From an uncultured bacterium (GTDB lineage: Bacteria; CAIJMQ01), in NCBI GenBank assembly GCA_903821905.1, contig CAIJMQ010000001.1, forward strand, positions 2,267-66,266: a DNA stretch of 64,000 nt, written 5' to 3'. The notes under the pieces are model-generated. The model had not been told where the DNA came from and did not search any database. It saw only the letters and a program-made list of their open reading frames with translations. Every line of letters begins with the position of its first letter. Positions within the stretch are counted from its first letter, which is position 1. Position numbers and translations under genes: made by a program. Below are positions 36,696 to 47,361 of the stretch, piece by piece.

Positions 36696-37667
36696 TTATT
36701 TGTTCCTGTCTTCTGCCAAGAAACATCTCGCTTGGTTGCCGCCAATGTTGTAAAGAGGAGGATGTTCCCTACGACATTTATCAAAAGTATATTTGCATCT
36801 GTCTTGGAATCTGCACCCTTTAGGATAATTAAGAGGAGATGGAACCTGTCCGGGTATAGATTCCAATTTATTTCGTTTTACAGAAATTAGAGGAATTGAA
36901 TTTAACAATGCTTCTGTATATGGATGTAGGGGTTTCTTAAAAATCCCCATAACTGTCCCGACTTCAACGATTTCTGAAGCATACATAACAGCTACACGGT
37001 CACACATTTCCCAGATAATACCCATGTTGTGTGTTATTAATAGCAATGATGTGTCCTTCTTCTTCATTTCGCGCATAAGGTCAAAAACCTGTGCTTGAAT
37101 CGTAACGTCAAGAGCAGTTGTGGGTTCGTCGGCAATAATCAGTTTCGGGTCAAGCATAAGAGCCATAGCAATCATAACCCGCTGACACATACCGCCAGAT
37201 AGTTGGAACGGATATGCATACATATTTTTTACAGGGTCGCTAATCCCTGTTTTATGAAGCCATTCTTCTCCTACCTGCCACGCTTTTTTTGTATTGATAT
37301 TTGTATGAAATTGCAGTGTTTCAACCAACTGGTTGCCTATGCAATGCAGTGGTGATAAAGCTGTCATAGGTTCCTGGAAAATCATGCTGATAGATTTTCC
37401 TCTGATTTTGCGCAGTTCCTCAATGGGAAGCGATAACAAATTCTTATTATCAAATGTTATTTCTCCCGAATCTATACTGCCAGGTGGTGATGATACCAAT
37501 CGTAAAATACTCATTGAAGTTACCGATTTCCCGCAGCCGGATTCACCAACTAATCCCAATACTTCACCTTTATTGATTGTAAGAGATACGCTGTCAACCG
37601 CACGCACGATTCCTTCATCTGTCTTAAAAGAAACCGACAAATCTTTAATATTCAATAAATTTTCCAT
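36696..37667 (-). CDS. oppD: Oligopeptide/dipeptide ABC transporter ATP-binding protein (OppD/DppD-like).
   Basis: Walker A GESGCGKSV, signature LSGGMCQR, Walker B IADEPTTALD. Confidence 0.85.
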   Translation of the reverse strand: MENLLNIKDLSVSFKTDEGIVRAVDSVSLTINKGEVLGLVGESGCGKSVTSMSILRLVSSPPGSIDSGEITFDNKNLLSLPIEELRKIRGKSISMIFQEPMTALSPLHCIGNQLVETLQFHTNINTKKAWQVGEEWLHKTGISDPVKNMYAYPFQLSGGMCQRVMIAMALMLDPKLIIADEPTTALDVTIQAQVFDLMREMKKKDTSLLLITHNMGIIWEMCDRVAVMYASEIVEVGTVMGIFKKPLHPYTEALLNSIPLISVKRNKLESIPGQVPSPLNYPKGCRFQDRCKYTFDKCRREHPPLYNIGGNQARCFLAEDRNK

Positions 37668-37669
37668 AT

Positions 37670-39259
37670 TTATTCCATCTTGCTGTAAGGGTGTGGGTCA
37701 AAAGCATCGCGAACACCTTCTCCTACAAAAATCCCCAGCATCATAACTACAAACAAAACCAATGAAGGATACAGTATCAGCCACCATGCCCAGCGGAACT
37801 GCTGTGCCTGATGTAAAAGTTCACCCCAGCTTGGGGTAGGTGGTGGCAGCCCGAATCCGAGAAAGTCCAATGCTGCCAATGACCCTATTGCGCCAACAAG
37901 ATAAAAAGGGAAAAAAGTAATGATAGGCGTAAGAGCATTGGGCATAATATGCCGCAGAATAATTTTCAAAGGAGATAATCCTATACATTTTGCCGAATCT
38001 ACAAAAGGTTGTTTGCGCAAACGCAGGAATTCGGCACGCATATAATACGAGATGCCTATCCAGTTAAAAATTCCGTAACAGAAAAGCAGTAAAGCAAAAC
38101 TTCTTCCATAAATTGACCCCACTAATATCATTACATAAAGGAAAGGAAGAGCGCTCCAGATTTCAATCAAACGTTGTCCTGTAATATCCAACATACCTCC
38201 ATAGTATCCTTGGATAGCTCCTATAAAAGTACCCAGAACCATTGATGCGGCAACCAAAAGAAATCCAAATGTCATAGAAATACGCAGTCCGTAAATTATA
38301 CGCGCCAACACGTCACGTCCTGTGCTGTCAATCCCCAGCCAATGTCCGCGGACAGGAGAATAAGGCCAGCTGATATCATTTTTATCAACATTTATTTTGT
38401 AGGTTATGTTTTTGATAGTCAACGTAAAAGGTTCTACATATTCACTGAAACGTTCAATTACTACACCAAGTAAAAGATTATCCTCATCCTTTCCAATTTC
38501 TTTCCATAATATGGAAATCTGTCCGACTGTTTTTAAATCCCTATTAAAAACAACAGTTTCAGGTTTAAAAGTTCCCCTGAAAGTTTCTTGGAAACTTATA
38601 CGAACTGTATCGGGCGGGCTATCTCGCTCAGAGAATTTTGACAGCGAAACTTCCGCTTTGAGTTCAGGATTTATTTTACTGGTCAAGATAACTGATAAAG
38701 ATGTAGACTCTTTATTAAGAAACCGTTCTTTTATTGCATCTTCTAATTGGGGCTCTATGTTCCAATAATCGGTTAATGTTAGACCATCAACAGAATCATC
38801 TTGCGTATTAAAAAAGAAACCGGATGATGTTGATTGAGCTATGCTGAAATCAGGGCGGATATTGATATTCCCGACCCTGGGAATAGGTGTCATTGTCAAT
38901 ATGACCTTCTCTTCTGAGCGTAATGATTCAGCATCTATGTTTTCGTTCGGACCATATGGTATAAACGGAAAAACCATGAAATTTTCCCTACGAGTTTTGA
39001 AAACTTTCATGTTGTTTACCTTCTTGTAATTAGGTCGTGTTTGTTTCCCGTTATGTAAAAAGGCATCTTCAGGATAATACTTTAAAATAGGGAAATAGGA
39101 CTTGGCGTTATAGCGGATATATAGCGGTTTATCATTACAGATTAATTCAGAAGCAAGGCTCAATATATAAAGAGCAATAAGTAACAATAATGACCAATAT
39201 GCCCGTTTTTTAGCTTTGAACCGTGTAATTCTTTTTTGTGTTATTGTGCTTGTATTCAT
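37670..39259 (-). CDS. oppC: ABC transporter permease (OppC/DppC family) with an extra N-terminal domain of about 240 aa.
   Basis: The C-terminal roughly 290 aa form a BPD-transport permease core with an EAA-like loop. The N-terminal region begins with a TM helix followed by a large non-membrane domain. Confidence 0.75.
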   Translation of the reverse strand: MNTSTITQKRITRFKAKKRAYWSLLLLIALYILSLASELICNDKPLYIRYNAKSYFPILKYYPEDAFLHNGKQTRPNYKKVNNMKVFKTRRENFMVFPFIPYGPNENIDAESLRSEEKVILTMTPIPRVGNINIRPDFSIAQSTSSGFFFNTQDDSVDGLTLTDYWNIEPQLEDAIKERFLNKESTSLSVILTSKINPELKAEVSLSKFSERDSPPDTVRISFQETFRGTFKPETVVFNRDLKTVGQISILWKEIGKDEDNLLLGVVIERFSEYVEPFTLTIKNITYKINVDKNDISWPYSPVRGHWLGIDSTGRDVLARIIYGLRISMTFGFLLVAASMVLGTFIGAIQGYYGGMLDITGQRLIEIWSALPFLYVMILVGSIYGRSFALLLFCYGIFNWIGISYYMRAEFLRLRKQPFVDSAKCIGLSPLKIILRHIMPNALTPIITFFPFYLVGAIGSLAALDFLGFGLPPPTPSWGELLHQAQQFRWAWWLILYPSLVLFVVMMLGIFVGEGVRDAFDPHPYSKME

Positions 39260-39263
39260 TTAT

Positions 39264-39590
39264 TTATCGTATTCCTAAAAAATGAGGATATATTAAGGAA
39301 GTAATAATAAATATTACTCCGCAGAATATTCCAATTTGCCATCGCCTTTTATCAAAAAACAAACTAAAAAACCAACCCAAGAAAATTGCCATGATTATTG
39401 GAATTAGAAGATTATACTGAGAGATAAAAAAAGTGAATGTTTCATATCTTGTAGTACGTGACCATCTTAACGCAACAATCTGTGAATTCCACCAGCCGCT
39501 TACTATCCAGCCACACAAACCGGCGAATATTATAAAGAGTGTTTCTTTTCTGGATATCTTTTTAAACATTGTTTCTATCAATCTCCTCAT
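39264..39590 (-). CDS. Small hypothetical membrane protein (3 TM) embedded between the two permease genes.
   Basis: 108 aa, hydrophobic. Its start overlaps the oppB stop by 4 nt. Confidence 0.4.
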   Translation of the reverse strand: MRRLIETMFKKISRKETLFIIFAGLCGWIVSGWWNSQIVALRWSRTTRYETFTFFISQYNLLIPIIMAIFLGWFFSLFFDKRRWQIGIFCGVIFIITSLIYPHFLGIR

Positions 39591-40627
39591 TTTTGGAAAT
39601 TAATCCTCGGGTCAATTAATACATAACAGAAATCGGAAAGAATATTGCCTAAAAGTGTCAGTATGGATGTAAGAGAAAGTATTGCCATAAATACAGCATA
39701 GTCCCGTCCCATTATGGCTTCCAAGCTTAGACGTCCCATGCCTGGGATTTCAAATATGTTTTCGATTATTACGGACCCGGCAAACATAACCATTAGAATA
39801 CCGCCGAAGCCCGTAGCAATAGGTATAAGAGAGTTTCTAAGTGCATGTCCCCAGACAGCTCTTCTGGAACTGCCTCCTTTTGCAAGGACAGTGCGTATGT
39901 AATCTTTTCCTATCTGTTCCATAAGAGAATTTTTCATCAAAAGAGTTAAAACTGCGAAGTTGCCTATTACGTAACAGAGCACAGGCAGAAACATATGCAT
40001 AAAAATATCTTTCGTTTTTGCTGAGAGTGAGAGTAGTGCAAAATTATACGATTGGAATCCTGTGCCTGGGAAAATGTCCCATAAACCTTCCACTGTTCCG
40101 CATAAAACCATTTTCAAAATCATACCGAAGGCAAACGAAGGGATAGCATAGCCGATGAATACGATTACACTTGAGGTGAGGTCGAATTTGCTTCCGTGCC
40201 GTAGTGCTTTAGCAATCCCGAGGGGAATACATATAAGATAACTTAATAAAAATCCGGTGATTCCAAAAATCAGAGAAACAGGTAATCTTTCGCGTATAAG
40301 CTGCCAGGCGGTTTTGTTGGGGAACTTGTAGGACTCCATCCGTAGTCCAATCCGGTCGGTAATCAGCCATTTCAGATACCGTTTGTAGAACGGCTTATCG
40401 AAGCCGAAATGGATTTCTAACTGTTTGCGGTATTCCGGCGTTATAGCCGTAGTTGCGGATGAGCCTCTTTCCGCTTCACCGCTTGCAGATGCTCTCATCT
40501 GCATTATCTTCTGTTCTACCGGACCTCCGGGAACGAATTGGAGAATACCAAAACAAACGATAGTTATCCCGATAAACGTCGGCACTATTAATAAAATACG
40601 CCGTATAAAATATTCCGTTCTTTCCAT
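39587..40627 (-). CDS. oppB: ABC transporter permease (OppB/DppB family).
   Basis: 346 aa, 6 TM, BPD_transp_1 core with a conserved EAA-like region. Confidence 0.85.
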   Translation of the reverse strand: MERTEYFIRRILLIVPTFIGITIVCFGILQFVPGGPVEQKIMQMRASASGEAERGSSATTAITPEYRKQLEIHFGFDKPFYKRYLKWLITDRIGLRMESYKFPNKTAWQLIRERLPVSLIFGITGFLLSYLICIPLGIAKALRHGSKFDLTSSVIVFIGYAIPSFAFGMILKMVLCGTVEGLWDIFPGTGFQSYNFALLSLSAKTKDIFMHMFLPVLCYVIGNFAVLTLLMKNSLMEQIGKDYIRTVLAKGGSSRRAVWGHALRNSLIPIATGFGGILMVMFAGSVIIENIFEIPGMGRLSLEAIMGRDYAVFMAILSLTSILTLLGNILSDFCYVLIDPRINFQK

Positions 40628-40717
40628 AGAAATACTGGAAGTATTTTAACATAAACTGGTGATGGTCTAAATTAAAATAAAACGATGAGTAAACTGATAA
40701 GATTTAACAGATGGAAT

Positions 40718-41902
40718 TTATTTGGCGTCTTCTTCAAGTCCTGGAGGAACCTTCTTCCAATCGTATCCTCTCAAGGCCTCTTCAAAACCCAAATTAAAAA
40801 GTGCCTGCATTTCAATAGGGTCAAAAAGTTCTTTTGCTTTAGATACATGCGTTGCCGGGATATAGGCAAGATTAAAATCACCTCTGCCTAATTTTGTAAA
40901 ATTATATAATTGGTAAATGTCACCACCACTTTGAGACTTAATCATTGTATCAACAGTGCGGTCAGCAATAGAAAGGAGTTTATCCGGAACCTCTTCCCAA
41001 ACAGCATCTATATAACCATTTCTAATAATATAAATTTTGTATTGTATCTTGGAAATATCTACTCCTTTTTCTTTGGCAGCTTTCTCAACACCCTGGACAA
41101 CATCATAAAGAAAAAACACTTGCTTCACTACTCCGCCATCAACATGCATCTCATCGTACTTTTTATCATTAGCCTCTACATTTAAATAAACTGGTGGAAA
41201 TGCAATTGGAACGGATGCTGATGCCAATATGACTTTGCGAAACAACTTTAAGGCATTATCATCGCCTATGGAAGCAATTTTACCCATATCCCAAATAACA
41301 AGCCGTTGCGCATCCAGATTAGTAGTTCCCACATAAAGCCTACGACCTTTGTTATATTCAATGGCTATCTCTTTTAGCAATTCCGCATCAAAGTACCGCT
41401 CAATAAGACGCTCTAATGGTTTACTGCTGGCGAAGGAATTATTAGATGGATGTATTCGCACAATATCCTTCGTTGAATACTTTGTGTAGAGTTCCTTTAA
41501 TTTATCATCATACTCACTTCCCAAAAAGGCAAATGGTGCAGTTATCGCTCCGGTACTTATTCCGGTAACAACCTTAAAAACTGGACGCGTTCCAGACTGC
41601 GACCATCCGTTAAGTAATCCCGCACCATAAGCACCATTATTGCTTCCTCCTGAAATAGCAAGTAGGTAATAAGTCCGATTGGTTTTGAAACTAAGAAAAG
41701 AAGAACTTCCTTTTTCTTCTTGTTCCAACAATTTAATAAAATCTTTCTTGAAAGAATCACTGGGATTGCCACTGAACGCCCTGATATCATGCATACCATA
41801 AATCCGAACGCTGTTTAATAAATCTGGTGGGACTGCATGGCGTACACTTGCGCATCCAGACACAAAAAAAAGTATAATCAGCCAATATAATTGTTTTCTC
41901 AT
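40718..41902 (-). CDS. Patatin-like phospholipase, predicted lipoprotein.
   Basis: Lipobox VSGC. Oxyanion/Gly-rich ISGGSNNGAYGAG, serine hydrolase GISTGA (GxSxG), and a DGG catalytic Asp motif (HVDGGV). Confidence 0.8.
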   Translation of the reverse strand: MRKQLYWLIILFFVSGCASVRHAVPPDLLNSVRIYGMHDIRAFSGNPSDSFKKDFIKLLEQEEKGSSSFLSFKTNRTYYLLAISGGSNNGAYGAGLLNGWSQSGTRPVFKVVTGISTGAITAPFAFLGSEYDDKLKELYTKYSTKDIVRIHPSNNSFASSKPLERLIERYFDAELLKEIAIEYNKGRRLYVGTTNLDAQRLVIWDMGKIASIGDDNALKLFRKVILASASVPIAFPPVYLNVEANDKKYDEMHVDGGVVKQVFFLYDVVQGVEKAAKEKGVDISKIQYKIYIIRNGYIDAVWEEVPDKLLSIADRTVDTMIKSQSGGDIYQLYNFTKLGRGDFNLAYIPATHVSKAKELFDPIEMQALFNLGFEEALRGYDWKKVPPGLEEDAK

Positions 41903-41994
41903 CTAATATTTTCCTGAATCGCGATTCAAATAAAAAATCAACATAACTTTATCGTTCTTCGCGTTTATTTTATCACTTCATTACTAAAAAACTT

Positions 41995-43764
41995 TTATTC
42001 CTTGAATTCTTCGTCGAAGAAAACAGAAGCTTTTCGTCCAGGCAGATATTCGCCTTTTTCCATAGCACTGGTTAAGTCTTCAGCCGAGTCCTTGTCATAC
42101 CACCAGTAACCGAAAACAGAGCTTTCATTAGCATATTTGGAAAGCACCGTCGACGGAGTGCCGAATTTATTCCAGTAAAGCAGACGAACATAATTTATCC
42201 TCCAGAGTAAGATATACGGACATTGTGAAGTTACAATAGCATCAACTTCACGGCAAATTGCATTCCTCTGGTCTACTTCAAAAATCGTTTTTTGTTTTTC
42301 GATAAGAGCGTCGACATTCGGGTCTTTAAAACCCGTATAATTATTTCCGCTATTTCTTTCTGCTTCTTTAGATGCCCACATGCTTTCAGGGTCTTTGAAT
42401 ATTACAGAACTCCAAGCTGACCAGGTCATATCAAAATTGAATTCATCCATGTCCTTTATCCAAGCTGTCCAGTCCTTATTGTCTATTTTGAGTTCTATCC
42501 CAACATCTTTCAGGTCTTCTGCATAAATGCTGATAAATTTTTCGGTGGATGAATCACTTAAGAGAAATTTAAAAGAAAATCTTTGTCCGTTTTTTTCGAG
42601 GAACCCGGTTTGGGGATTTACTTTCCATCCGGCTTCTTTTAATAACTCTCGTGCTTTTTCCTTATCAAAATTAAAAACAGGATTTTTACAGGGATTTTCC
42701 GGCGAATAAAGGTCTTCAAAGTAGGAACATTGCATAGTATATTGGTTATACATAAGAGTACGGTTCATCTCTTCCCTGTCAAGCAAATACGCCATAGCTT
42801 TTCGTACCCGTATATCATCAAACGGCGGACGCCTCATATTCATTGCAAAACCCTGAAAAGATGCCGGCTCATAGTTATAAATTTTCTGTTTTATAATCCA
42901 GTTCTTTTCGAATTTTTCACCTTTTGTTTCATTTACCCAAAGGCGTGCCGTATAAACGGGATATATGTCTATTAATCCTTTTTTAAACGCTTCAAACGCA
43001 TTTTCCCGTTCTTCAAAGAATTTATAGATAATCGTTTGGAAATTACCTGTATTCTGAAAACGCTTGGCAGAACTAAGCCACCAGTCGTTTCTGCGTTGCA
43101 CCTTGATAAAAAGCCCTTCATTGATTTCCCCAAGTTTATACGGGCCGGATACAACCGGAAATTCAAAATTTATCTTATTGAAATCCTGTTTTTCGAAAAC
43201 GTGCTTGGGCAGGATATTAAGTCCGCCCAGTGCCAACAGGTTTCTCCAATGAACTTCTTTTGTTTTGAATTTTATTGTCTGTTCATCTATCACTTCTGGA
43301 GGAAAGAATTTTTCCAATGCTACTTTATAAGAACCGGTTAAATTCTTGGGGTCCATAATGGCTTGGAATGTCCACTGAACATCATATGCGGTAATAGGTT
43401 TGCCGTCACTCCATCTTGCGCGTTTATCGAGCCAGAATGTAAATGTTGTTTTGTCTTCTGAAATACTCCACCGCTCTGCTATCATCGGCTCATATTCGGC
43501 GGTAATCGGATGCAAGGTAAGAAGAGAATCATACATAGAAGAAAAAACATCATATGTAAAAGAATTGTTATCAAGATAAGCATTCAAACTCTTGGGATAT
43601 TGACCGGAGTAGGTTGATATTTCTCCTCCTACTTTAGCATTAGGACTTGCTAATGGATTGGGCTGGTCTTTCCAGTTCTCTTTGGGAAAAAACTCGTCTG
43701 CTGGAACTTGAGTTAATGCAACGAATAAGATTATGAGAATTAGGAATATTCTTTTGCCCCACAT
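41995..43764 (-). CDS. oppA: ABC transporter substrate-binding protein, family 5 (OppA/DppA-like).
   Basis: SBP_bac_5-like, about 590 aa, with a signal peptide starting MWGKRIFLILIILFVALT. I use this internal start. The ORF-track start at 43971 adds 69 residues that do not look like a signal peptide and leaves no room for the divergent promoter. Confidence 0.75.
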   Translation of the reverse strand: MWGKRIFLILIILFVALTQVPADEFFPKENWKDQPNPLASPNAKVGGEISTYSGQYPKSLNAYLDNNSFTYDVFSSMYDSLLTLHPITAEYEPMIAERWSISEDKTTFTFWLDKRARWSDGKPITAYDVQWTFQAIMDPKNLTGSYKVALEKFFPPEVIDEQTIKFKTKEVHWRNLLALGGLNILPKHVFEKQDFNKINFEFPVVSGPYKLGEINEGLFIKVQRRNDWWLSSAKRFQNTGNFQTIIYKFFEERENAFEAFKKGLIDIYPVYTARLWVNETKGEKFEKNWIIKQKIYNYEPASFQGFAMNMRRPPFDDIRVRKAMAYLLDREEMNRTLMYNQYTMQCSYFEDLYSPENPCKNPVFNFDKEKARELLKEAGWKVNPQTGFLEKNGQRFSFKFLLSDSSTEKFISIYAEDLKDVGIELKIDNKDWTAWIKDMDEFNFDMTWSAWSSVIFKDPESMWASKEAERNSGNNYTGFKDPNVDALIEKQKTIFEVDQRNAICREVDAIVTSQCPYILLWRINYVRLLYWNKFGTPSTVLSKYANESSVFGYWWYDKDSAEDLTSAMEKGEYLPGRKASVFFDEEFKE

Positions 43765-43828
43765 TTTATTAATTTTACCACATTCTATAGGTTGGATTAC
43801 ACGCAGTTCTCTGATAAGATAATACCTG

Positions 43829-45592
43829 ATGATACGCAAACTATTTATCATATTATTCCTTATCCTTTTTGCTTCCACCTGCTGTTTCTCAAGAACTACA
43901 GATGAAGACAGGCGTTTCAAAGCAGGGTTAATGATAGCGCAAAAAGTGGAAGAAGAATATCCTGTTTCCAAAGATGAAAAGGAATTCCTAAGAGTTAATG
44001 CTATAGGTTTGCGTATTGTAAGCCAGATTAAGGACTTGAAATATCCTTACAGCTTTAGTGTTATAAAAATAGAAGATGCTAACGCTTTTGCTTTGCCCGG
44101 CGGGTTTGTATATGCAACAACAGGGCTTCTTGACCTTGGTTTAAATGATTCGGAACTTGCCTTTGTCCTCGCCCACGAAATTGCCCATAACGAATGCGAC
44201 CATATATTCAAAATACAAAATACTCAGAACTTACTCTCTGCAATAATGATAGGAGTGGAAATTTTTGCAATGAGTAATACATCTGCCTCTAAAGATGTAA
44301 ACGAAATCCAGGCAGAATCTGCTGCCCGCTCTTTGGCATATTCGCTTTCAGGCGCAATGATAACAAGCGGTTATTCGCGTGAATTTGAAAAGGAAGCCGA
44401 TTACTGGGGAAAAATCTATACAGCAAAAGCAGGTTATGATGTAGGCGGAGCAAAGACCGCTTTAGATAAAATAGATATTATGAAAGAAAAACGCCCCGAC
44501 TTATTCTCAAGCTTGTTAATGACCCATCCTTATATCCTTGAAAGAATCGAAGAAGCGGGAACATCGGCAATCACTTTCCCCAAAAATGAATTTATTGAAG
44601 AAGAAATTAGAGAGTCGGGCAACTTCATACAATCCAAACTTGTAAAAGAAGCGGGTTACTATCAAAACAAGAAAGAAAAAATTCTCCCGCTTATGCTTTA
44701 CAGGAATGCTTACTTTATATGTCCCCAAGGCAGCCAGAGTGATAAAGCTTTATATGAGCTTGTCAGAAATAAGGAAGAGCTGGAAAGAAAGAAAACTAAA
44801 TTCCTCATAAACTGGGATTCCTTGATTAAGGGTTATGGGAAACTGTTGAAAGAGCACCCGGATACACCGCTAAAAAAAGAAGTTACGGCTAAACTTGAAT
44901 CGCTGACACAAGAACGAGACGAAGTTTACAAATGGTATGAAGAACATATCGGGACAGATATGAAATTGGACTATTATTCCAATTTCATCGTATTCTTTCC
45001 CGAAAGCCCTTTAGTTCCCAAGGCGCGATACTTCCTCGCACAGAAATATGTTTCATCAGGTGATTACGATAAGGGCTTAAACGAGTTTATAACTCTGGCA
45101 AAAGATTCTAAAAACGATGAGTGGAGCAGTAAAGCAAAAGAAGAAATTGTTCCTGTAATAGACAAGGCAACAGATATAGTTCTTTTAGGAAGATTACTGA
45201 ATATGGATTTCCCAACGGAAGTTAAAGATAAAGTAAACGCATGGCTTAAAGAAACTATTCCTCAAGTGAAGGGGCTTGAACCGTTAGAGGTCCCAGTACA
45301 TACTAAAGGTGCAGCAGTCGTCTCCGGCGATTTACTTCCAACAGGTCTTGAAAAATTAGATAAATTCTCCAAAGAATTCCCGGAAAGTCCCTACAAAGCT
45401 CTTGTTGACCAAAGGAAGGGAAAGTTAGCGGAGGAATTGTACATTGAAGCACGAGCCCAAAGCTTGTCAGGCAACTGGCCCAAGACAGTCAGCATCTACC
45501 GTCAAATCCTAAAATACGCCCCCGATACTCCCAGCGCCGAACAGATAAGACAAGAGTTCGACAGGTTAGAGAAGATAAGGAAAGAGACGTAA
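43829..45592 (+). CDS. M48-family zinc metallopeptidase with a C-terminal TPR region (BepA-like periplasmic protease/chaperone).
   Basis: Signal peptide. HExxH motif LAHEIAHNECDH. TPR-like helical repeats in the C-terminal half. Confidence 0.8.
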   Translation: MIRKLFIILFLILFASTCCFSRTTDEDRRFKAGLMIAQKVEEEYPVSKDEKEFLRVNAIGLRIVSQIKDLKYPYSFSVIKIEDANAFALPGGFVYATTGLLDLGLNDSELAFVLAHEIAHNECDHIFKIQNTQNLLSAIMIGVEIFAMSNTSASKDVNEIQAESAARSLAYSLSGAMITSGYSREFEKEADYWGKIYTAKAGYDVGGAKTALDKIDIMKEKRPDLFSSLLMTHPYILERIEEAGTSAITFPKNEFIEEEIRESGNFIQSKLVKEAGYYQNKKEKILPLMLYRNAYFICPQGSQSDKALYELVRNKEELERKKTKFLINWDSLIKGYGKLLKEHPDTPLKKEVTAKLESLTQERDEVYKWYEEHIGTDMKLDYYSNFIVFFPESPLVPKARYFLAQKYVSSGDYDKGLNEFITLAKDSKNDEWSSKAKEEIVPVIDKATDIVLLGRLLNMDFPTEVKDKVNAWLKETIPQVKGLEPLEVPVHTKGAAVVSGDLLPTGLEKLDKFSKEFPESPYKALVDQRKGKLAEELYIEARAQSLSGNWPKTVSIYRQILKYAPDTPSAEQIRQEFDRLEKIRKET

Positions 45593-45700
45593 TTAAATAT
45601 TATCTTGCAAGGTTTGATTCCGTTTCACTTCATTTTATGTTTGGAATCTAACTTGGAGCTAGTTAGATACACATGCACAAGTGTAGCCAGTTGCTACATG

Positions 45701-46399
45701 TTATGTTGAATTAACTTCAGCATGTTCTTTGTTCCAGAGAGCTTCATCCTTAAACTTGAACATTGTCTTCTTCTTTTCGGCAAGCTGGGCGATTTTTTTA
45801 CCGAGCTCAGTTAGTTTGCAAGTGAAGTAATCGCTACCCTGAATTGACAAAAGACCACCCTGAATAAGTTCCTGTACATCATCTTCCAATCCTCTGCCTT
45901 TCCATTTATTGACGGTAGCTGACCAAAACTCTGGTCTGAAATAAAGTTCACTTAACGTTCTTCTCCACCCAAAGCGTTCAACAGTTTGTTCAAGTGCGAA
46001 TTGCTGGAGAGTTGTTTGAATTGGTTTGAATTTATCTTCCGTAGCATAACCAAGTTGTTTTGCAATGTTACGCGCCACATCATCAATTCGGTTATCTACA
46101 TTGGTTTTTGTGAAGGAAATACTGCTACCAGAATAACGTCTTTTAAGATATTTTGAGTAATAAGAGTCCTCTTGCATTTCAGGTCTGAACTTGGTTTGCA
46201 GTAAAAAAATTGCGAATAAGAAAATTGGAACATTTATGATGGCTGATATTACCAGTGCGCCGGAAGCCCAGGTGGGATCGGATATCTTTTGTGCTGAGAA
46301 TAGGAAAGAACCGTCTATGAGAATCAAGCCAATTAGCCACGCTGCTAACAACTGGATTGGTTTGGTTATTTTTTCGGGCGATATCTTATTTCCATTCAT
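45701..46399 (-). CDS. Hypothetical membrane-anchored protein: 2 N-terminal TM helices plus a cytoplasmic domain.
   Basis: 232-aa ORF. No family recognised. Confidence 0.4.
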   Translation of the reverse strand: MNGNKISPEKITKPIQLLAAWLIGLILIDGSFLFSAQKISDPTWASGALVISAIINVPIFLFAIFLLQTKFRPEMQEDSYYSKYLKRRYSGSSISFTKTNVDNRIDDVARNIAKQLGYATEDKFKPIQTTLQQFALEQTVERFGWRRTLSELYFRPEFWSATVNKWKGRGLEDDVQELIQGGLLSIQGSDYFTCKLTELGKKIAQLAEKKKTMFKFKDEALWNKEHAEVNST

Positions 46400-46457
46400 A
46401 TGTAGACCCCCTAATCCAACAAGATCTAATTTTCAAAATAATAGTCTTTACCTCTTT

Positions 46458-46530
46458 TTTTCAAATGCTGCTTTAGTTGTTCTTCAACTTAATTCACAAT
46501 CAAGGTCTGCCTGAGTTTGGAGATTCCAAG
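46458..46530 (-). repeat. Degenerate copy of the 3' end of the 47362..47763 gene (first copy of the roughly 55-bp repeat).
   Basis: TGCTGCTTTAGTTGTTCTTCAA...CTGCCTGAGTTTGGAGATTCCA aligns with 47362-47420, apart from a roughly 16-nt insertion that breaks the frame. Confidence 0.6.
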
Positions 46531-46539
46531 TTTCCAGAC

Positions 46540-46881
46540 TTAACTCTTTTTTATATGCCGAATTGCAAAAATAAACCAAATAAAAATTACTACGAACTCA
46601 ATTAAAAAAGCTATGTTTGATGGGTATTTAGCAGGAAAATAAATTTGCGTTAAACCTTGGACAATAGAAAATACACCCAATATAAGCCCCAAAAAAATAG
46701 CCAAATACAAGTCAAGCTTCCGGCAAAAATAATTAAAACCATTCACTAAAAGAAAAAATACACCAATCACGATCCAAAACCAACCTTTTGCAATATTTGT
46801 GCGGAATATAAAATGCTCACATAACATCAAAATTACAACAAATAGCACCAAAAACAACCATGGAAAGATTCTTTTTTTCAT
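46540..46881 (-). CDS. Hypothetical small membrane protein (4 TM).
   Basis: 113 aa, hydrophobic. Confidence 0.4.
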   Translation of the reverse strand: MKKRIFPWLFLVLFVVILMLCEHFIFRTNIAKGWFWIVIGVFFLLVNGFNYFCRKLDLYLAIFLGLILGVFSIVQGLTQIYFPAKYPSNIAFLIEFVVIFIWFIFAIRHIKKS

Positions 46882-46950
46882 TAATTAACCCTCTTTTTCT
46901 AAATTATCTTCCTCGCCAGCGAATATGTCAAACTTCTGACTGTTAATTCT

Positions 46951-47322
46951 TTAAGAACGGGCTCGGAGTTCTTTTCTGTATAGCCAATTTATCAAGAATA
47001 AAACACCAATCAGGATAGGAGGACAGCCAATCGGCAATGTCCGGGTTAAATGCCCACCCAATCGGCTACAGAACATGACGATGTACAATACACCAAGTCC
47101 AATAAATATAATACCTATAACCCATTCCCAGCGCCGCCAGCATATTATTAGCAGGGCAAGGATGATCCACGTTGGGATTAGATGCATCAGTAGAGCTACA
47201 GTTGTCCCCCAGAACCCATAGTGACCAAATACATCGAGGGCAAATATGCTGATGAACGCGGCAAACAGAATACACAGAATCCTGGGTGTCCAGAACAGCA
47301 ATTGCTTCGCAGGTTTTGTCAT
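46951..47322 (-). CDS. Hypothetical small membrane protein (4 TM).
   Basis: 123 aa, hydrophobic. Confidence 0.4.
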   Translation of the reverse strand: MTKPAKQLLFWTPRILCILFAAFISIFALDVFGHYGFWGTTVALLMHLIPTWIILALLIICWRRWEWVIGIIFIGLGVLYIVMFCSRLGGHLTRTLPIGCPPILIGVLFLINWLYRKELRARS

Positions 47323-47361
47323 AATTTCATCTCCTTTTAATAATTATCTCTCCAGATTATT

